A program made the position numbers and the translations under genes. DNA of 64,000 bases from Paracoccaceae bacterium (GTDB lineage: Bacteria; Pseudomonadota; Alphaproteobacteria; Rhodobacterales; Rhodobacteraceae): contig OZ244919.1 in NCBI GenBank assembly GCA_965221845.1, positions 698,334 through 762,333 on the forward strand, in the 5' to 3' direction. The notes under the pieces are model-generated. The model made no database searches and was not told where the DNA came from. It worked only from the letters and a program-made list of their open reading frames with translations. This document shows, piece after piece, positions 48,256 through 58,305 of this stretch; positions within the stretch are counted from its first letter, which is position 1, and the number at the start of each line of letters is the position of its first letter.

Positions 48256-49467
48256 ATGATCGACTCAAGCACCCCCTTCGGCGGGAAGGCTGCCACGGTG
48301 CATGCGGCGCCGGAAGCCGCCGGCACGAGCTGGATCCTCGCGGCGGGCGATCCGGCGGACGCGTCGCGGACGGGCCTGCACAGGCTGGCACCGCATGACG
48401 TCGCGGGCCTGCTCGCGAAGCTGGGGCAGGCACGGACGCGGGCCGCCGCCGTCTCCGGCGGCGACGTCCGCGTGATGCCGGTCTGCGAGGCAGGGCACGA
48501 GGGGTTCCGGCTGGCGCGCCGGCTCGAGGGCGAGGACCTGGAGGTCGTGGTCTGCGACCCGGCGAGCCTGGAGGTCGTGCGCAGGAAGAGACGTGCGAAG
48601 ACGGACAGGATCGACGCGCGGAAGACGGTGCGGGCGCCCGTGGCCCGGGACGGCGGCGACCGGGACGCGATGTCGCCGGCGCGGGTGCCGACGGTCGCGG
48701 AGGAGGACGCGAAGCGGCTGCCGGGGCGCCGGGAGCGGCTCGTGAAGGAGCGGCTGCGGCTGGCGAGCGCGGTCGCGGGGCTTTTGCGGCTGCACGGCGT
48801 GCCGCCCGGGGATCCGGCGAAGGCCGGGTTCCGGGACCGGCTCGGGGGCATGAGGACCGGCTGCGGCACGGCGCTGCCGCCGGGGCTCCTGGCGGAGATC
48901 GGGGGCATCCCCGGCCGGCTGGAGCCGGGCGTGGCCGAGCTGCGGACGGTGGAGGCGGAGAAGGCGGCGACGCTGAAGTCGGCGCGGGAGGCGGCGGCGC
49001 GGGAGGCGCGTCACGGCCCCGAGGAGGCCGGTGGCGCGGAGGCCGCCGCGCCGGCGCATGCCCGCCACGCTACGGTTCTGGTCCGGCTGCGCGGGATCGG
49101 CCCGAACGACGCGCTGCTGCCGGGCGCGGAGCTCCTCTGCCGCGACTTCCGCAACCGGCGCGAGCTGGCCAGTCTCGCCGGGCTGGCGCCGGTGCCGTGG
49201 GCGAGCGGCGCGGTGGACCATGACCAGGGCACCGGCAAGGCCGGCAGCCCGATGCTGCGAAAGCACCTCGTGCAGATGGCCTGGCGCTGGCTCCACCACC
49301 AGCCGGACAGCGCGCTGTCGAAGTGGTTCGAGCGCTACGTCAGCGCCCGCGACGGGCGTTCGAGGAAGCGCGGGATCGTGGCGCTGGCGCGCAAGCTGCT
49401 GGTGGCCCTGTGGCGGTTCGCCACGACCGGGCTGGTGCCCGAGGGCGCCGTCCTGTCGAAGGCCTGA
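48256..49467 (+). CDS. IS110-family transposase (apparently intact)
   Basis: ORF 48175..49467, start taken at ATG 48256 (AGGAGAG upstream). VCEAGHEGFRLARRL, KTDRIDA, LRGIGPNDA, LAGLAPVPWASG, GSPMLRKHLVQMAW. Confidence 0.85.
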   Translation: MIDSSTPFGGKAATVHAAPEAAGTSWILAAGDPADASRTGLHRLAPHDVAGLLAKLGQARTRAAAVSGGDVRVMPVCEAGHEGFRLARRLEGEDLEVVVCDPASLEVVRRKRRAKTDRIDARKTVRAPVARDGGDRDAMSPARVPTVAEEDAKRLPGRRERLVKERLRLASAVAGLLRLHGVPPGDPAKAGFRDRLGGMRTGCGTALPPGLLAEIGGIPGRLEPGVAELRTVEAEKAATLKSAREAAAREARHGPEEAGGAEAAAPAHARHATVLVRLRGIGPNDALLPGAELLCRDFRNRRELASLAGLAPVPWASGAVDHDQGTGKAGSPMLRKHLVQMAWRWLHHQPDSALSKWFERYVSARDGRSRKRGIVALARKLLVALWRFATTGLVPEGAVLSKA

Positions 49468-49998
49468 GAGGGGGAGACCGGAACACCTTGACACCCGGGC
49501 GGCCCGACGGGGCCTCCGGGGAACCCGGGAAGGGCGTGTGACCGTGCGGGGGTTTGGTTCGCCGCGGACCGCGGCACCGTTTGCTCAGATGGGTCCCGCC
49601 CCCCGGAACGTCGCGCCGCCCGAACGGGGCACCATGGTCACGGGGCCGGCGTCCGCCGGCCAACCGAACCGGACAGGAGCTTGGACGCGCCGTCGGGCGC
49701 TCCCTGGAAAGCGACGTTCCGCCTGGAGAATCCCCTAGCGGCGCCGAGCCGCCCCCGAGAGGAGACGGATCGATGTGACACGTCATGAAGAAAGCGCTTG
49801 ACGGGAGGGGGCTCATAAGAACCCCCGCCGGACACAAAATGTGGACATGCCTTGGTCAAAGGGATAAGCCTTTGTCCAGGATCGTCGATCGTCTTTGGCA
49901 CGGGAGGCCTGCCTGCCCTGTCTTCTGCTCTTCACCGCGGCTTCAGCCGTCCTGGTCGGCAGGCCTGTGAGACATGCAGCGCCGATTGCCAGGCATGA

Positions 49999-50976
49999 TC
50001 ACGATGGAAGCGCCGCCAGCCTTGAGAGAACCTGAACAGTTACCCCAGCGCCAGCCAGTCGAACAGCTCCCCCGGGGCCGGCCGGCCCGAACAGCCGGTC
50101 CAGGTGCGGCCCCTTCCCAAGCTCCGTCGCCATAGTCCTCTTCGCTCGTTCGGCAAGGCTACCCGGCTTCCGCGGACCATGCATGATCCGCCGATGGAAT
50201 CCAGGGCGCGATTCCTTCCAATCCAGCCTCAAATCGCCGGGCTGGCGGCATGAAGGCCTCAGCGTTTCCGCATCGGAACCTTGCGCGACGATATCGCGCC
50301 CTGACCCAAGGCGGGCCCGCCATTGACGCGGCCGGGCAAACGCGAGTCCCGCCGGAGACAGCGGCTCCTCGGCCAGGTTCCCCGTGTGATCAGACACCTC
50401 CTCGAGGATGGAGGATGGAGGATGGAGGATGGAGGCTTCTCGTCCCAGATGCGGTTATCGCAAAGGCGTTCGGAAAAGCGCGGCGCGACGATTACGGCAA
50501 GCTGGCCGAGATTGTCGACGGCGAGCGGCCCGAGTGTCGGCCTGCCAGACCGGGAGCCGTCAAGTTGCTCTCCTTTCATGCTCCGGGCTTCTCGCAGCGC
50601 TGCAGCGTCGATCAAACGGCCGTCGGCGCAGTCGTCGCGTGCCCGCAGGCACAAGCCAACCTGCTTCCGGGGAACGACCGCCTGCCGATGACGCCTGCCG
50701 GAAGCCGCACCATTCCGCCCAATGGCCGCCGGGCCTGATGCCAATGGCGATCGGGCCGAAATCGAGCAGGCTGGCGACACCAAGCGACTGCTGGCCGGAA
50801 CGAACTTCTCTGGCGCCGAAGGGTTCGATACCTCGGAGTCCGTCCAGCGACTTGGGGCGGCACCAGTGACCCGAAAGGACGGCCCGGAGAGCGTCGGGTA
50901 CGTTGCGCGCGCGGTCTGCGCCGAAATTCGTCAATTGTTCCAGAGGAAGCGAACAATCATTCAGATGACACGACAC
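49999..50976 (-). pseudogene. possible heavily decayed tyrosine-recombinase remnant
   Basis: There is only weak resemblance across three frames. The tail PHLDRLFGPAGPGGAVRLAGAGVTVQVLSRLAAL recalls the H.LRH....G......LGH region. No intact ORF. Confidence 0.25.
50404..50435. repeat. heptanucleotide microsatellite (GAGGATG) x 4.6
   Basis: gaggatg gaggatg gaggatg gaggatg gagg, read directly. Confidence 0.9.
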
Positions 50977-51315
50977 CCAAGTCGATGCAAGGCCCGCAGC
51001 CCGAATTCCCTTTCATGACGAGCGGGAAGGCGACTCGCTCACATGGCATGCATGCCACATGGTGCCGCCCCATGCCGTGGTGCGTCAGGACACTGAACGA
51101 GACCGTGGACAGGGAGCCAAATGCTCTGCCAGCGGACATGCGGGCACGGCTTGCGCGAACTGGCCAGCTGATCGCCACTGCCGGGCCGGAGCGTGCGGGC
51201 GCGCCGCATGTCAGGATGTCAGGCGTCCGACCGGCCAGCTGCGGGAAATGTTTGGGGATGTTGCACGGTCACATGGCGTCGTCAGGGCGCTTTCCCAATG
51301 CGCCCGCCCCAGCGA

Positions 51316-52200
51316 TCATCCCCAGGGACTGGCTCCCGTTTCCTCAACGGCCTTCCGAACCGTCTCATGGTATCTCATTTCGGTGTCGCGCGCGAATTTG
51401 GGACGGCTGGCATGCGTCTCCTCGCATCGCTGGACAAACCGTTCTTCCGACATTCCCTCAAGCGCCTCTTCGAGCAGGTGCACGAGCATGTTCTCGTCGT
51501 CCGGCATCGTGTTCCGTCCTTTCGTGACGGCGATATTGTTCATGAAGGCAAGACATGAATCCAGGACATCTTCCGCCTTTCGGGGGGACCAGCTTTCCGG
51601 AACGACGGCACCAAGCATCGCCTCGAGCGCCACGTCCGCCACCGGACGTCCCTCCTCTTTGGAGATCGTGCAGGTATGTCCGTAGAGGCCGCGAATGGTG
51701 ACAGGCGGTTCGGACTGTCCTCTTTTCGCAAAGTGCTCTTCGAGAACCTTCTGCAGGACAGTGCGACGGTTTCTCGACGCCAGGACGTCAATGCCATGCA
51801 GCATCGCCTGAGCATAGATCAGCCGATCATTTCCGTTCTCTTCGGTGAAGGCGCCCCCCGGCACCAGGGATGTCGCGTCATTGTATGCTTCCTGGCCCAT
51901 GTCAGCCAGGCGCATGTAGGCAGAGCTGTTCCTGGCGCCCTCGTCGCGCCACCATGCGCCGGCCGCCCGGGACGCCGCTCGTGCGGCGGCGTCAATCTCT
52001 TGCAAGCTCCCCTCTCCGTCCCTTTCGCAAAGCCGGCGGACATGTTCCGACGCCTGGGCAGGAAGCTGCCTGTCCAGTTCGTCCCTGACCATCGGAAGAA
52101 CCGCGATCCGACGGTTGCGAAACCCTTCCAGACAGGTGAGATAGCGGCGCGGCGTCGACTGGCGAATGATGTTCGTGTCTGCTGCAACGGTCCTGGTCAT
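51316..52200 (-). CDS. PIN-domain-like protein with a C-terminal extension of about 140 aa and unknown function
   Basis: ORF 51316..52290, start taken at ATG 52198-52200 (MTRTVAADTNIIRQ). Acidic PIN-type positions: DTN, RDELD, NDRLIYAQAMLHGIDVLASRN (compare the VapC pattern D.LIAA.A...G..LVTRN). No match recognised for residues from about 150 to 294. Confidence 0.55.
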   Translation of the reverse strand: MTRTVAADTNIIRQSTPRRYLTCLEGFRNRRIAVLPMVRDELDRQLPAQASEHVRRLCERDGEGSLQEIDAAARAASRAAGAWWRDEGARNSSAYMRLADMGQEAYNDATSLVPGGAFTEENGNDRLIYAQAMLHGIDVLASRNRRTVLQKVLEEHFAKRGQSEPPVTIRGLYGHTCTISKEEGRPVADVALEAMLGAVVPESWSPRKAEDVLDSCLAFMNNIAVTKGRNTMPDDENMLVHLLEEALEGMSEERFVQRCEETHASRPKFARDTEMRYHETVRKAVEETGASPWG

Positions 52201-52460
52201 GCCGACGCCCTTGGTTCTCCGGTCATCCTGCCGAGCCGCCTCTCGATGGCCAGCGCGCGATTGAACATCTTCCGGTTGCCGCGTTTCCATGCCTTCATGG
52301 CCGCCCCGAAAGGCGTCATCCCGTCAAGCTCGAACATGACGTCCAGTGAAGCGTTCACCCATGCCTTGCGTTCCGGTGTCGTGCCAAGGACGCCTTGCAC
52401 CGCATCCCGGATGGAGGTGCGGCAGCGTTCCTCGCTGGCGCGCGCGCTGTCCAACGACAT
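52197..52460 (-). CDS. small hypothetical protein (87 aa) translationally coupled to the PIN-like gene
   Basis: Start ATG 52458-52460 with GGAGAGAG upstream. Its TGA stop overlaps the downstream ATG (ATGA at 52197-52200). No family recognised. Confidence 0.45.
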   Translation of the reverse strand: MSLDSARASEERCRTSIRDAVQGVLGTTPERKAWVNASLDVMFELDGMTPFGAAMKAWKRGNRKMFNRALAIERRLGRMTGEPRASA

Positions 52461-52777
52461 GGTTCCTGTCTCTCTCCGACGCTTTCGTCCGGGGATCGCA
52501 CCGGAAGGCGCGGGAAACGGTCCTAGAGGGATGGCATGTCCCGGACAATGGCGCAAGGCGTGAATGACGCCCGACAGCAATTCCCGGCAGCCTTACCCTT
52601 ACCGTCGACCCCCGCAGCGGCCGTTCAGGACGACGCCATGGCCGCGCCGTTTCAGGCGCGCACGCCTGGCGGCCGGGCCAGCCAGCTGCCAAGGCTATAG
52701 GGAATTGCTGAGCCGCCACGTTGAAGACACGCTCCGGCTTGCCGACGGCAAGACCGGGCCGAGGACCGTGCATCTCA

Positions 52778-53799
52778 GAGCTTGAATCATAATTCAATAA
52801 TGTCAATATGTTAATAGATTCCAGCCGCCTGGCCACGCGCCACCCGGCGCATCAGGAACCGGCACGCCGCGAGCCGCGCCCAGGCCAGCGAGCTCTCCAG
52901 CGTCCGCCCGGAGTCCTTCGGCCCGGGCGCCGGCACCACGACATCCGCGCAAACGTCCGCTCCACCACCCGGCGGCGGCACGGGACCGTGAAGCCCCTTG
53001 CTTCCCTGGGCCGCTGCACGATCTCGACGAGGGATCCGAGGCCGCGCTCCGCCAGCGCCTCCCCGGGCTTCGGACCCGCGCAGCCGCCGTCCGCCCAGGG
53101 CTTCCGCACCTCGGGCGCCTTCCCGGCATCGCCAGGACCGCCTCCGGCGCCCCGTCCCTGTCCCGCACGTCCGCCCCCGCAGCACCCGCACCGCGACCGG
53201 GACCCCCGCGACGTCCACCGCCAGGTGCCGCTTCCGCCCCCTGGCCTTCCTGCCCGCGTCGCAACCCGCCGGCCCGCCCGTCTCGGTCGTCCTCGCCGAC
53301 CGGCTGCCGGTCGCGGCCGCCGTCGGCTGCGCGTCGCGCCACGCCTGCGCGCGGCCCGGCGTGCGCGGCGCGGCCGGAAGCAGCCAGTGCCGGCGCGCGC
53401 CGAGCTGGTCCCGGCCCGGCGTGCGCGGCGCGGCCGGAAGCCGTTCCAGGACGCCGCTGTCGCGGCCCGGGCGCAGGAGTGGTTCTGCACGGTCGCAGAG
53501 GGCGGAAGGCGCCTGGGAATCGCGCGCCGCCGGCATCCCGTCCCCGGCATGCACTGGATCGCGTCGGACGTCTCGCGCAGGTCGGCCGTCCGGCGGCGGC
53601 CCGGCTTCGAGGGAGCCGGAAGCGGCGGCGCGGCCGGAAGCCGTTCCTCGTCGGCCGGCCGGTTTCATGTCGCTCCGGCTTGCGGTCATGCTCCTCGCGG
53701 GCGGTCTCGTCCCAGGCCATCGTGTCCTCCCCGTCCGGGTTGTGCCTGACAGGGAAATGCCACGTCTGGGGGAGGCCATCCGCATTTTAGGTCAAGCTC
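52778..53799 (-). mobile_element. IS5-family (IS1031-group-like) element, copy 3, divergent and decayed
   Basis: Termini gagcttgaatcataattc ... attttaggtcaagctc. TCA direct repeat (52775-77 and 53800-02). An internal tandem duplication of about 59 bp sits around 53354-53470. Confidence 0.8.
52811..53720 (-). pseudogene. IS5-family transposase, decayed
   Basis: MAWDETAREEHDRKPERHET... then frame breaks. The pieces are spread over ORFs 52803..53720, 52811..53785 and 52852..53550. Confidence 0.75.
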
Positions 53800-53935
53800 T
53801 CAGGGGGAATCGGGGTTGAACGGGCACTTTCCGCGGCCCGCCGCCCTCGGTCGGGCCAATCCCTCCCTGCGTCCGGCGGGCCGCGGAAGCCGCTCGGGGT
53901 GTAGCCCAATTTTTTTGACTCTGGCGTTTTGGGGT

Positions 53936-55306
53936 CCCCCGTTCCACTCTGAAGTGCAACACCTGATGCAGTGTTCCTGGTCGTTCGGCGACACATGATG
54001 TTGCGAATCGGCCAGGCGGCGGCGACAGTTCCTTCGTTGCGAGAAGGAGACCGTCATGCCCGAGGGCCATCGCCACCGGCCTCATGCGGAACGCTGCCAG
54101 ATCCACGCCCTGAGGAAAAGCGGGCTTTCCGGCCCGGCGATCGCCCGCCAGCTCGGCCGCGACCGCACGACGGTCTGGCGCGAGGTGCGGCGCAACTCCG
54201 GCAGGCGCGGCTACCGCCACAAGCAGGCCCAGCGCAAGGCGGACAGGCGCCGCAGCGCGGCCTCGTCGGTGGCGCGCAAGATGACGCCGGAGCTGTGGCG
54301 CATGGCGGAGGAGCGGCTGGCCGAGGGCTGGAGCCCCGAGCAGGTCAGCGGGCGCCTCCGCAAGGAGGGCGAGCCGATGGCGGGGCGTCAGTGGATCTAC
54401 GAGCGCATCCACGCCGACCGGAAGGCCGGCGGCGGTCTCTGGCGGCATCTCCGCCGCCGCGGCAGGAAGCCGAACTGGAAGGGCGGGGCCCACGCGGGCC
54501 GCGGCCGCATCCCGGGCCGGGTGGACATCTCCGAGCGCCCGGACGTCGTGGAGGCGAAGGAACGGGTCGGCGACTGGGAGGCCGACACGAATCAACGGCA
54601 AGGGCACCGGCGGCGCGCTTGTCTCCCTGGTGGACAGGGCGTCCAAGTACACGCTGCTCGAAAGGGTCGAGAGGAAGACGGCGGACGCGGTCGGCTCGGC
54701 CATGACCGGCATGCTGGGCCCTCTCCCCGTGCACACGGTCACCGCGGTCGATGTCGATCACTTCGACATGGCGCTTGTGCCCTCTCCCCGTGCACACGGT
54801 CACCGCGGACAACGGCAAGGAGTTCGCGGGCCATGCCAGGGTGGCCGAGGCGCTGGGCGCGGGGTTCTTCTTCGCGCGCCCGTACCACTCCTGGGAGCGC
54901 GGCCTGAACGAGCACGTGAACGGGCTGGTGCGGGAGTGGTTCCCGAAGGGCACGGACTTCCGCAAGGTGACGGACGCAGAGGTGCAGGCCGTCCAGGACC
55001 GCCTCAACGCGCGGCCGCGCAAGGCGCTGGGCTACCTCACCCCGTCCGAGGCCTTCCACCAGGCGCAGCCGCCCTGAGGTGGCCTTCCGGGGCCGCCGGG
55101 GGCGGCTCCGAGGGGAGATGCGCGCTGTCCGCGGCCCGCCGTCCTCCGGTCGGGCTCCGCCCTCCCTGCGTCCGGCGGGCCGCGGACAGCGCCCGGCAGG
55201 GCTTGCACCGCCCCGGAAGACTGGCTACGCCTCCCGGTGAAGGGACCGCCGCCGCTCGGGCTTCGCCCCTCGCTGGCTGATGTTGCACTTCGGAGTGGAA
55301 GCGGCG
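53936..55306 (+). mobile_element. IS30-family element, copy 1
   Basis: Inverted repeats cccccgttccactctgaagtgcaaca ... tgttgcacttcggagtggaagcggcg. 3-bp direct repeat GGT (53933-35 and 55307-09). A non-coding 3' tail of about 220 bp carries a long hairpin. Confidence 0.85.
54056..55077 (+). pseudogene. IS30-family transposase, frameshifted, with a 61-bp internal insertion
   Basis: MPEGHRHRPHAERCQIHALRKSGLSGPAIARQLGRDRTTVWREVRRN (HTH) ... GDWEADT, then one extra A at 54590-91. It continues as INGKGTGGALVSLVDRASKYTLLE ... DNGKEFAGH ... NARPRKALGY. The 61-bp insertion has a 28-bp direct repeat at 54719-54808. Confidence 0.85.
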
Positions 55307-55395
55307 GGTCATTGTCCTGGCAGGCGTACCGGGGAGGTGTCGGGAGAATCGGCTGACGGCGCGCTGTCCGAGGCATTGGGCAGGGAGCGCGGGAA

Positions 55396-57385
55396 ATGAC
55401 GCGGAACGGCGGAACTCAACACCGGCATCCGGACGCAGTGGATTGTCTGGAGGGCTTGACGGAAGGCGAGGCGGCCGTGCATCCGCCGGTGGTGCGCGAG
55501 CACGAGGACGGGTTCACCCGGTACTGGCTGGAGGGCGGCGAGGTGCGGAGCCGCGACGTCAGGCGGGACGAGCTTCCGCTGGCAGGCGCCGGGTCGCCGG
55601 GGGCGGCACTGGCGGAGTTCGGTCCGCTGCTGCCGCGGCTGGCGGCGGACCCGGGCTCGGGGGTTCCGGACCTGGACGGCGTGGAGCGGGCGCTCCGGGA
55701 CGCCTCGCCGGGCGGCGGCGCGGCGGCGCAGCGCTTCGAGCGGGAGGAGGAGACCGAGGGCGTTCGCGGCAGGCAGGCCGACGGCACCTCGAGGACCAGG
55801 GAAGCGAAGCTCGCGGTGGCGTGCACCGCCGAGGGCCGGGACCCCGGGACCGGCGCGGCGGCGAGGACCGGGGCGGCGAATCCGTCACCTGCCTGACCGG
55901 CGGCGCGGCGGCGCCGTCCGGAGGCCGGGAGGCCTCGGACTTCGCGGCGCGGCCCGACCGGGAGGCCCGGCGGCGGGGGCTGCACGACGCGGGCGGGCCC
56001 GTGGTCGTCTCCGACGGAGCGGACTGGATCCCGAACGCCTGCGAGGGGCTCTTCGGGGGCCGGAAGGCCGCCTTCGTGCCTGGCCTCTTCCACTGCCCGG
56101 AACGCGCCTCCGACGCCGCGAGGCGGTCCTGCCGCCGGGGGCGGAGCGGGACCGGCGGTTCGCGGAGGCGAGGCGGACGTCAGGGCGGGCCGGGCGGCGA
56201 AGGCGGGCCGGGAGCTCGCGCCGTCCGGGGACCGGCACGAGGACGTGGAGGCCTGCTGCAGGCATTTCGAGAGCGGGCTCGGCGGGATGCGGTACGGCGA
56301 GTTCCGGGAGCGGGGCGTCCGGGCCGGAAGCGGCGTCGTGGAGCATCCATGTCTTGGGTCAAGCCCGGATCCGGCCCTTTCCGGGGGCCGGGACCGGGGT
56401 TTTCCACAGCCTGTCCACATCCCGGCGGCGGTCCGGGCAGGCGGAAGCGGCCGGACGGCTGGTTCCCTTCGGGCCCGTCCGGGCGTCAGGCGGCGGCGGC
56501 CGCCGACCTGTCCTCCCGTCTGCGCCGGTCGCGGAGAAGGACGTTCGCGGTGACGGCGAGCTTCCGCATGACCGCGGTCACCGCGACCTTGCGGGCCCTG
56601 CCCCCTTGGCCCGGGCCGGCCGTGCATCTCCTTCGTGTCGGGATCGGACATGCAGGCCGCCATCGCCGCCATGTAGAGGACGTCCCTGGGACGCCGCCGC
56701 CCGCCGGTGATGCGGCGCCCGCCCCTGAGGGTGCCGCTGTCGCGGGCGAAGGGGGCGACGCCGGCCAGGGCGGCCGGCACGCGCGCGCCGGCCCTGTCGG
56801 TCTTCGCCAGCTCGCCGCCGGCCCTGGGGAGGTCCCGGGACTGGCGCGGGCTGGCCACGCATGCGGCGAAGCCCCGGTCGTGCAGCGACTGCAGGAGGGC
56901 CCGGTGCATCCGCCCCGTGGCCTCCGGGACGGCCCGCGCCGCCTTCCCCTCCCGGAGGAGGCGGGCGACCTTGCGGAAGCCGTCCGTGTCGCTGGTCGCG
57001 GTCCCGTCCCGCCCGCCCAGGCGGATGTCCGGCGTCTTCCTGCTCACGTCGATTCCCGCGGCTGCGGTGGCCATGTCTCCCGCTCCTGTCCTCGCGACGG
57101 TCCGGCTCCCGGACCCGGCATCGACCGGGAGGGCGCCGGGAGGCAAGGGACGGCCTTTCCACAGGAAATCGCCTCCAGCCTGTCCACAGCCACCTCCCCT
57201 GGTCATTGCCGGTTCGCTGAACATGCGAGGGCGGATGCCGGCGGTTCGGGCTGCGGACGGAGCGCTCCGGAACGCGCCGGGCGAAGAGGGGCGCCAACGC
57301 CATGCTGGCGCTGAAGGCCCTGGTCATGAACCTCCGGCTGCCCGGCTTCCTGGAATGGCAGGCGAATCAGGCCGTCGCCGCATGA
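55396..57385 (+). pseudogene. ISKra4-family transposase of copy C, frameshifted and interrupted
   Basis: MTRNGGTQHRHPDAVDCLEGL...YWLEGGEVRSRDV; VVVSDGADWIPNACEGLFGGRKAAF; FESGLGGMRYGEFRERGVRAGSGVVE, then an insert, then ...FGLRTERSGTRRAKRGANAMLALKALVMN ... stop 57383-85. Confidence 0.65.
56344..57229 (-). mobile_element. internally deleted IS110-family remnant nested in ISKra4 copy C
   Basis: Delimited by alignment of copy C against copy A (gtcgtggag | insert | ggcggatgc). The minus strand encodes MATAAAGIDVSRKTPDI...EATGRMHRALLQSL...AGVAPFARDSGTLRGGRRITGGRRRPRDVLYMAAMAA. It is too short for a complete element. Confidence 0.6.
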
Positions 57386-57504
57386 GCAAAAAATCTGGGC
57401 ACACCCAGCCGCTCGGCGAGGCTTGCACCGTCCCGAAAGCTCGGCTACGCTTCCTCATGAAAAGATTTCCGCCTGGACTGACCGGTTTGGCGCACGGGGC
57501 CACC

Positions 57505-58305
57505 ATGAAGATATCCATCATCATCCCGACAAAGGACCGGCCGGAAGAGCTGCCCGGCGCCCTCGCATCCGCGAGGGCCGCGCTTCCTTCGGGGGGCGGC
57601 GGCGAGATCATCATCGTTGACGATGGCAGCAAGGTTCACCCCAAGGCCGTCCTGGGCGACTGCGGCGAAAGCGTGTCCGTCATCGACAACCCCGGCCCTG
57701 CCGGCCCTGCCGGGGCGCGCAACGCGGGCGTGGCCAGGGCGCGCTTTCCGGTCTGCCTCTTCCTCGATGACGACGACCGCCTGTTCCCGGACTGCTGCAC
57801 GCGGATACTGGCCGTCGCGGCCGACCACCCCGAAGTCCTGTATGGCACCTTCTCGCATGTCCTGCGGACCGAAAGCCCGGTGTCGGCGAAGCGGGACGAC
57901 GTAACGCCGGCCGGGTCGCGGATCGTGGGATCCTGCGGCCTGTGGGTTAGGCGCGAGACGTTCCTTGAGGTCGGCGGCTTCGACGCGGACCTGTGGATCA
58001 GCGAGGATCACGAGCTCTGCATCCGTCTGGTCCGCATGAAGGCGCCAATGTGGTTTGACGCGAAGCCTGGATTTGCCGTCACGAAAGGGAGGAAGGGCCA
58101 CGCCAACCTGGCCCGGCGGATCCCGCCCGGCGAGAGGGTCCGGTGCTATCGCAAGATACTGTCAAAGCACGGGCGCTTTCTTGCGGACAATGCGCCTTCA
58201 TGGCGCCGCAGGTTCGTGTTCCGGATCTGGAAATACCGAGCGAAGGCGCTTGTCGACCCCGGGGTGCGTTCAGGACCTTTCCTTTCCGGTGCAGCCTCGC
58301 TTTAG
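57505..58305 (+). CDS. family 2 glycosyltransferase
   Basis: Internal ATG of ORF 56707..58305. MKISIIIPTKDRPEEL, IIVDDGS, GARNAGV, LFLDDDD. Confidence 0.85.
   Translation: MKISIIIPTKDRPEELPGALASARAALPSGGGGEIIIVDDGSKVHPKAVLGDCGESVSVIDNPGPAGPAGARNAGVARARFPVCLFLDDDDRLFPDCCTRILAVAADHPEVLYGTFSHVLRTESPVSAKRDDVTPAGSRIVGSCGLWVRRETFLEVGGFDADLWISEDHELCIRLVRMKAPMWFDAKPGFAVTKGRKGHANLARRIPPGERVRCYRKILSKHGRFLADNAPSWRRRFVFRIWKYRAKALVDPGVRSGPFLSGAASL

Larger units (their letters stand above)
46938..49871 (-). mobile_element. IS1595-family element carrying a nested IS110-family element
   Basis: Inverted termini aaaggcttatccctttgac (46938-46956) and gtcaaagggataagccttt (49855-49873). 8-bp direct repeat TTGTCCAG (46930-37 and 49872-79). 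The IS110-like insert lies between the transposase start and the right terminus (roughly 48.1-49.85 kb, exact ends not determined). Confidence 0.6.
53897..57406 (+). mobile_element. ISKra4-type IS, copy C, carrying nested IS30-like and IS110-like insertions
   Basis: Termini gggtgtagcccaat ... atctgggcacaccc. Perfect 9-bp target duplication AGCCGCTCG (53888-53896 and 57407-57415). Confidence 0.7.

Noticed and set aside
50815-50835. gggttcgatacc as a tRNA T-arm
   Set aside because: The flanking bases do not form the T-stem, and no acceptor or anticodon arms can be drawn. No tRNA-like cloverleaf was found anywhere in the window.
49500-51315. Several 60-200-aa ORFs on both strands between the IS110-like gene and the PIN-like gene
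   Set aside because: They overlap one another in different frames, lack start contexts and motifs, and the region looks like decayed recombinase or non-coding DNA.
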